Shown here: positions 62,191-64,000 of the stretch, one piece after another | Position numbering within the stretch: the first letter of the stretch is position 1 | How the letters are laid out: every line of letters starts with the position of its first letter | Assembly: GCA_011109175.1 (NCBI GenBank) | Contig: RDEW01000015.1 | Coordinates: 142,310-206,309, forward strand | Length of the DNA stretch: 64,000 nucleotides | Reading direction: 5' to 3' | Source of the DNA: Dicyema japonicum | Lineage: Eukaryota > Animalia > Dicyemida | Translations under genes and position numbers: made by a program | The notes under the pieces: generated by a model | The model's database searches: none | The model's input: the letters and a program-made list of their open reading frames with translations, nothing else | Told to the model about the DNA's origin: nothing

Positions 62191-62544
62191 ATTAACTTGA
62201 TGGTTACAAAATATTCTGTCGTATTACTAAGTTGTTGGGTTTTTTTGCTACTAGGAATAGTTACTGGATATGTTTGGAAACTATCATTTTTATTAGCAAC
62301 GAATGACCTCGTATTTTGTAGAATAGAACTAATTGCAACAGATTTGAAAATTTTTTCACTCAAGGCCCTTAAGATATACATGACTACGGCATTACAAAAA
62401 GGCACATAATTGTCTTCAGTGGAGACGTACAAGGTCAGGGCTGAACTAATGGTTGTCAAGAAGATAACCTGGTGAGAGGTGGGTTGTGCAGGTTGACATT
62501 CATCAAAGACGTCATAAAATTATAGTGCTCGCATAAAAAAACTG

Positions 62545-62731
62545 TATTTTTACGCTGAGTCATATTAGCTATAGCTCCTCTCAGGCAGGATATGCATTTT
62601 TAGTACAGTTATTATAACTAATCGTAGAGAGAACAAAGGAATGCTCTTCACTTCTTTTTGTTGTATGTCCTTTATAGACAGTCCGGTTCCACAGTGATAT
62701 ATTCACTGATGACGTCGTCACTCGTAAAGCC
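62545..62731 (-). mobile_element. Older diverged SINE copy, with a B-box-like gttcgaatc ~40 nt upstream (62771-79)
   Basis: acgagtgacgacgtcatcagtg, aagaagtgaaga, ctacgattagtt and tcctgcct are shared with copies 1-3. Confidence 0.7.
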
Positions 62732-63705
62732 AAAACATACCTGGAACCTTCAAAATGATAGTAGCAGCGAGATTCGAACTAGGGGTATCAGACCTCATAC
62801 TCGGAACTAGTTACAAGGTGCTCGCATAAGCGATAGTTATTTTATGATATTTGAAGCAATTATGGTGTAGTTTGCATAGGAGAGTAGTTGAGCATTTTGC
62901 TTTGTTAGCAAGCCTGATTGATAAGCGTAGGGTTAATAAGAGAACCGACCTTGTGGAACGCTATTAAACAGATATCGATAACGAGAGTAGTTTGGCATGG
63001 TAGAGGAGCGTTCAAAATATCCAGAGAGGAAAGTAAGTCACCAGGTTTTCAAATGGGATTTTGGTGTCTATGATTTTTTTGGTAAGAACTTGTCTCGATG
63101 TCGTTTTGATGAGATACAATACTACTAAACTCTTTTTGACTAATAAATTGCTATGTAGGAGAAAAAAGTCGAAATGGTCGAAGGCTGATTGGTCGTGGGT
63201 TTTCCCCAAAATATTGATACGATTCTACGTAAATGGAATATTCTATGAGATTGGTTTGTGCGAGAATTCCATTCGCACCCATATTTTTGGATAGACCATC
63301 AAGTCCTCTCGCATTTGATTTTTATAGTTTGTGTTAAGTTTTTGAAACAATGGATTTGGAACACCGAATAGTTTTTCTCGAGGTTTCCGACAAGGGAGAC
63401 TCTTTGGAGTAAGATGGAGACTGACCTTTACATAATGCCCTATGAGTGTATTGATGTGGGCGATAATTCATTAATAAATTTTTGGATAAGCCATAATCAA
63501 TTAACATAAAACGTGTTTGATTTACTGTCATATCAAAGAACATTAAATCAATTTATAAAAAATCGAATATCTATGCTATACGATTCAGAGACGAATTCAG
63601 AATGATCGACTATTTTATTCCCCATCCAATAAAATAGTGTAATAAATTACACGCTATTCGTTGTGGTGCTAAGAAGAGAAAAAGAAAGGAAAATCAGAAA
63701 AGAGC

Positions 63706-64000
63706 ATGCAGAAAACTAATCAGGCCAAGTCTTACACTTGGCCATCTATGGATCACATTACATTCGAAGATATGCTACTTCTACTTGCGAGATCGAAAGA
63801 GCAGTGCGTGTCTTGTGGATATTGCAACGCGAGGAAGTACGGGTTGAATTGCACGTCTTGCGGGAGATTTTTCCACTTCAGGTATGTCCGAATGTCGAAA
63901 TTGGCTGCGAGATCTCTTTACAAATGAAACTGCGCATACTGTATGGATGCCGACCCTCTTGGTGCCGTCATCCGGCCGAATTCAGTCATCCCTCTTATTC
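63706..64000 (+). mobile_element. 5' part of a probable PHD-CRE element (runs off window)
   Basis: CVSC..CTSCGRFFHFR(Y)..(stop=W)NCAYC with the same spacing as the 34132-34224 PHD, then IRPNSVIPLI. Confidence 0.6.

Noticed and set aside
1-64000. Non-standard genetic code, CRISPR array or telomeric repeat
   Set aside because: Host genes end in TAA/TGA and in-frame stops fall in introns; no repeat-spacer array or telomere tract seen

Overview
Eukaryotic, AT-rich nuclear DNA, read by eye only. Boundaries of decayed repeats are approximate. The left end holds a truncated rDNA unit on the minus strand (18S missing about its first 140 nt, ITS1, 5.8S, ITS2, first ~340 nt of 28S), fused to an inverted 18S scrap on one side and a CRE retrotransposon 3' end on the other. 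Host genes (TRMU/MnmA, Enhancer of Polycomb, GCDH, BCKDHA, TVP23, an SH2 protein, an H1-like protein, a C2H2 protein) use the standard code and have GT-AG introns mostly of 21-26 nt. With the animal-type genes and divergent 18S, this best fits a dicyemid mesozoan (inference, not searched). The rest is mostly nested, decayed transposons: RTE-like, RTE-BovB-like, Jockey-like, CRE-clade (RLE), hAT/Buster, pogo and a young SINE. Highlight 1: an Ingi/Vingi-like LINE family with an L1Tc-like kit, namely a 5' HDV-like ribozyme fold with covariation across copies, a 2A ribosome-skip motif before the APE domain, a covarying 3' stem-loop overlapping the stop codon, and a short internally deleted derivative. 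Highlight 2: CRE-clade elements with an N-terminal PHD finger. Highlight 3: a SINE with a fixed 5' end and a related 5' motif shared by three retroelement types. Several host-gene frameshifts sit in homopolymers, so some indels are probably assembly errors.
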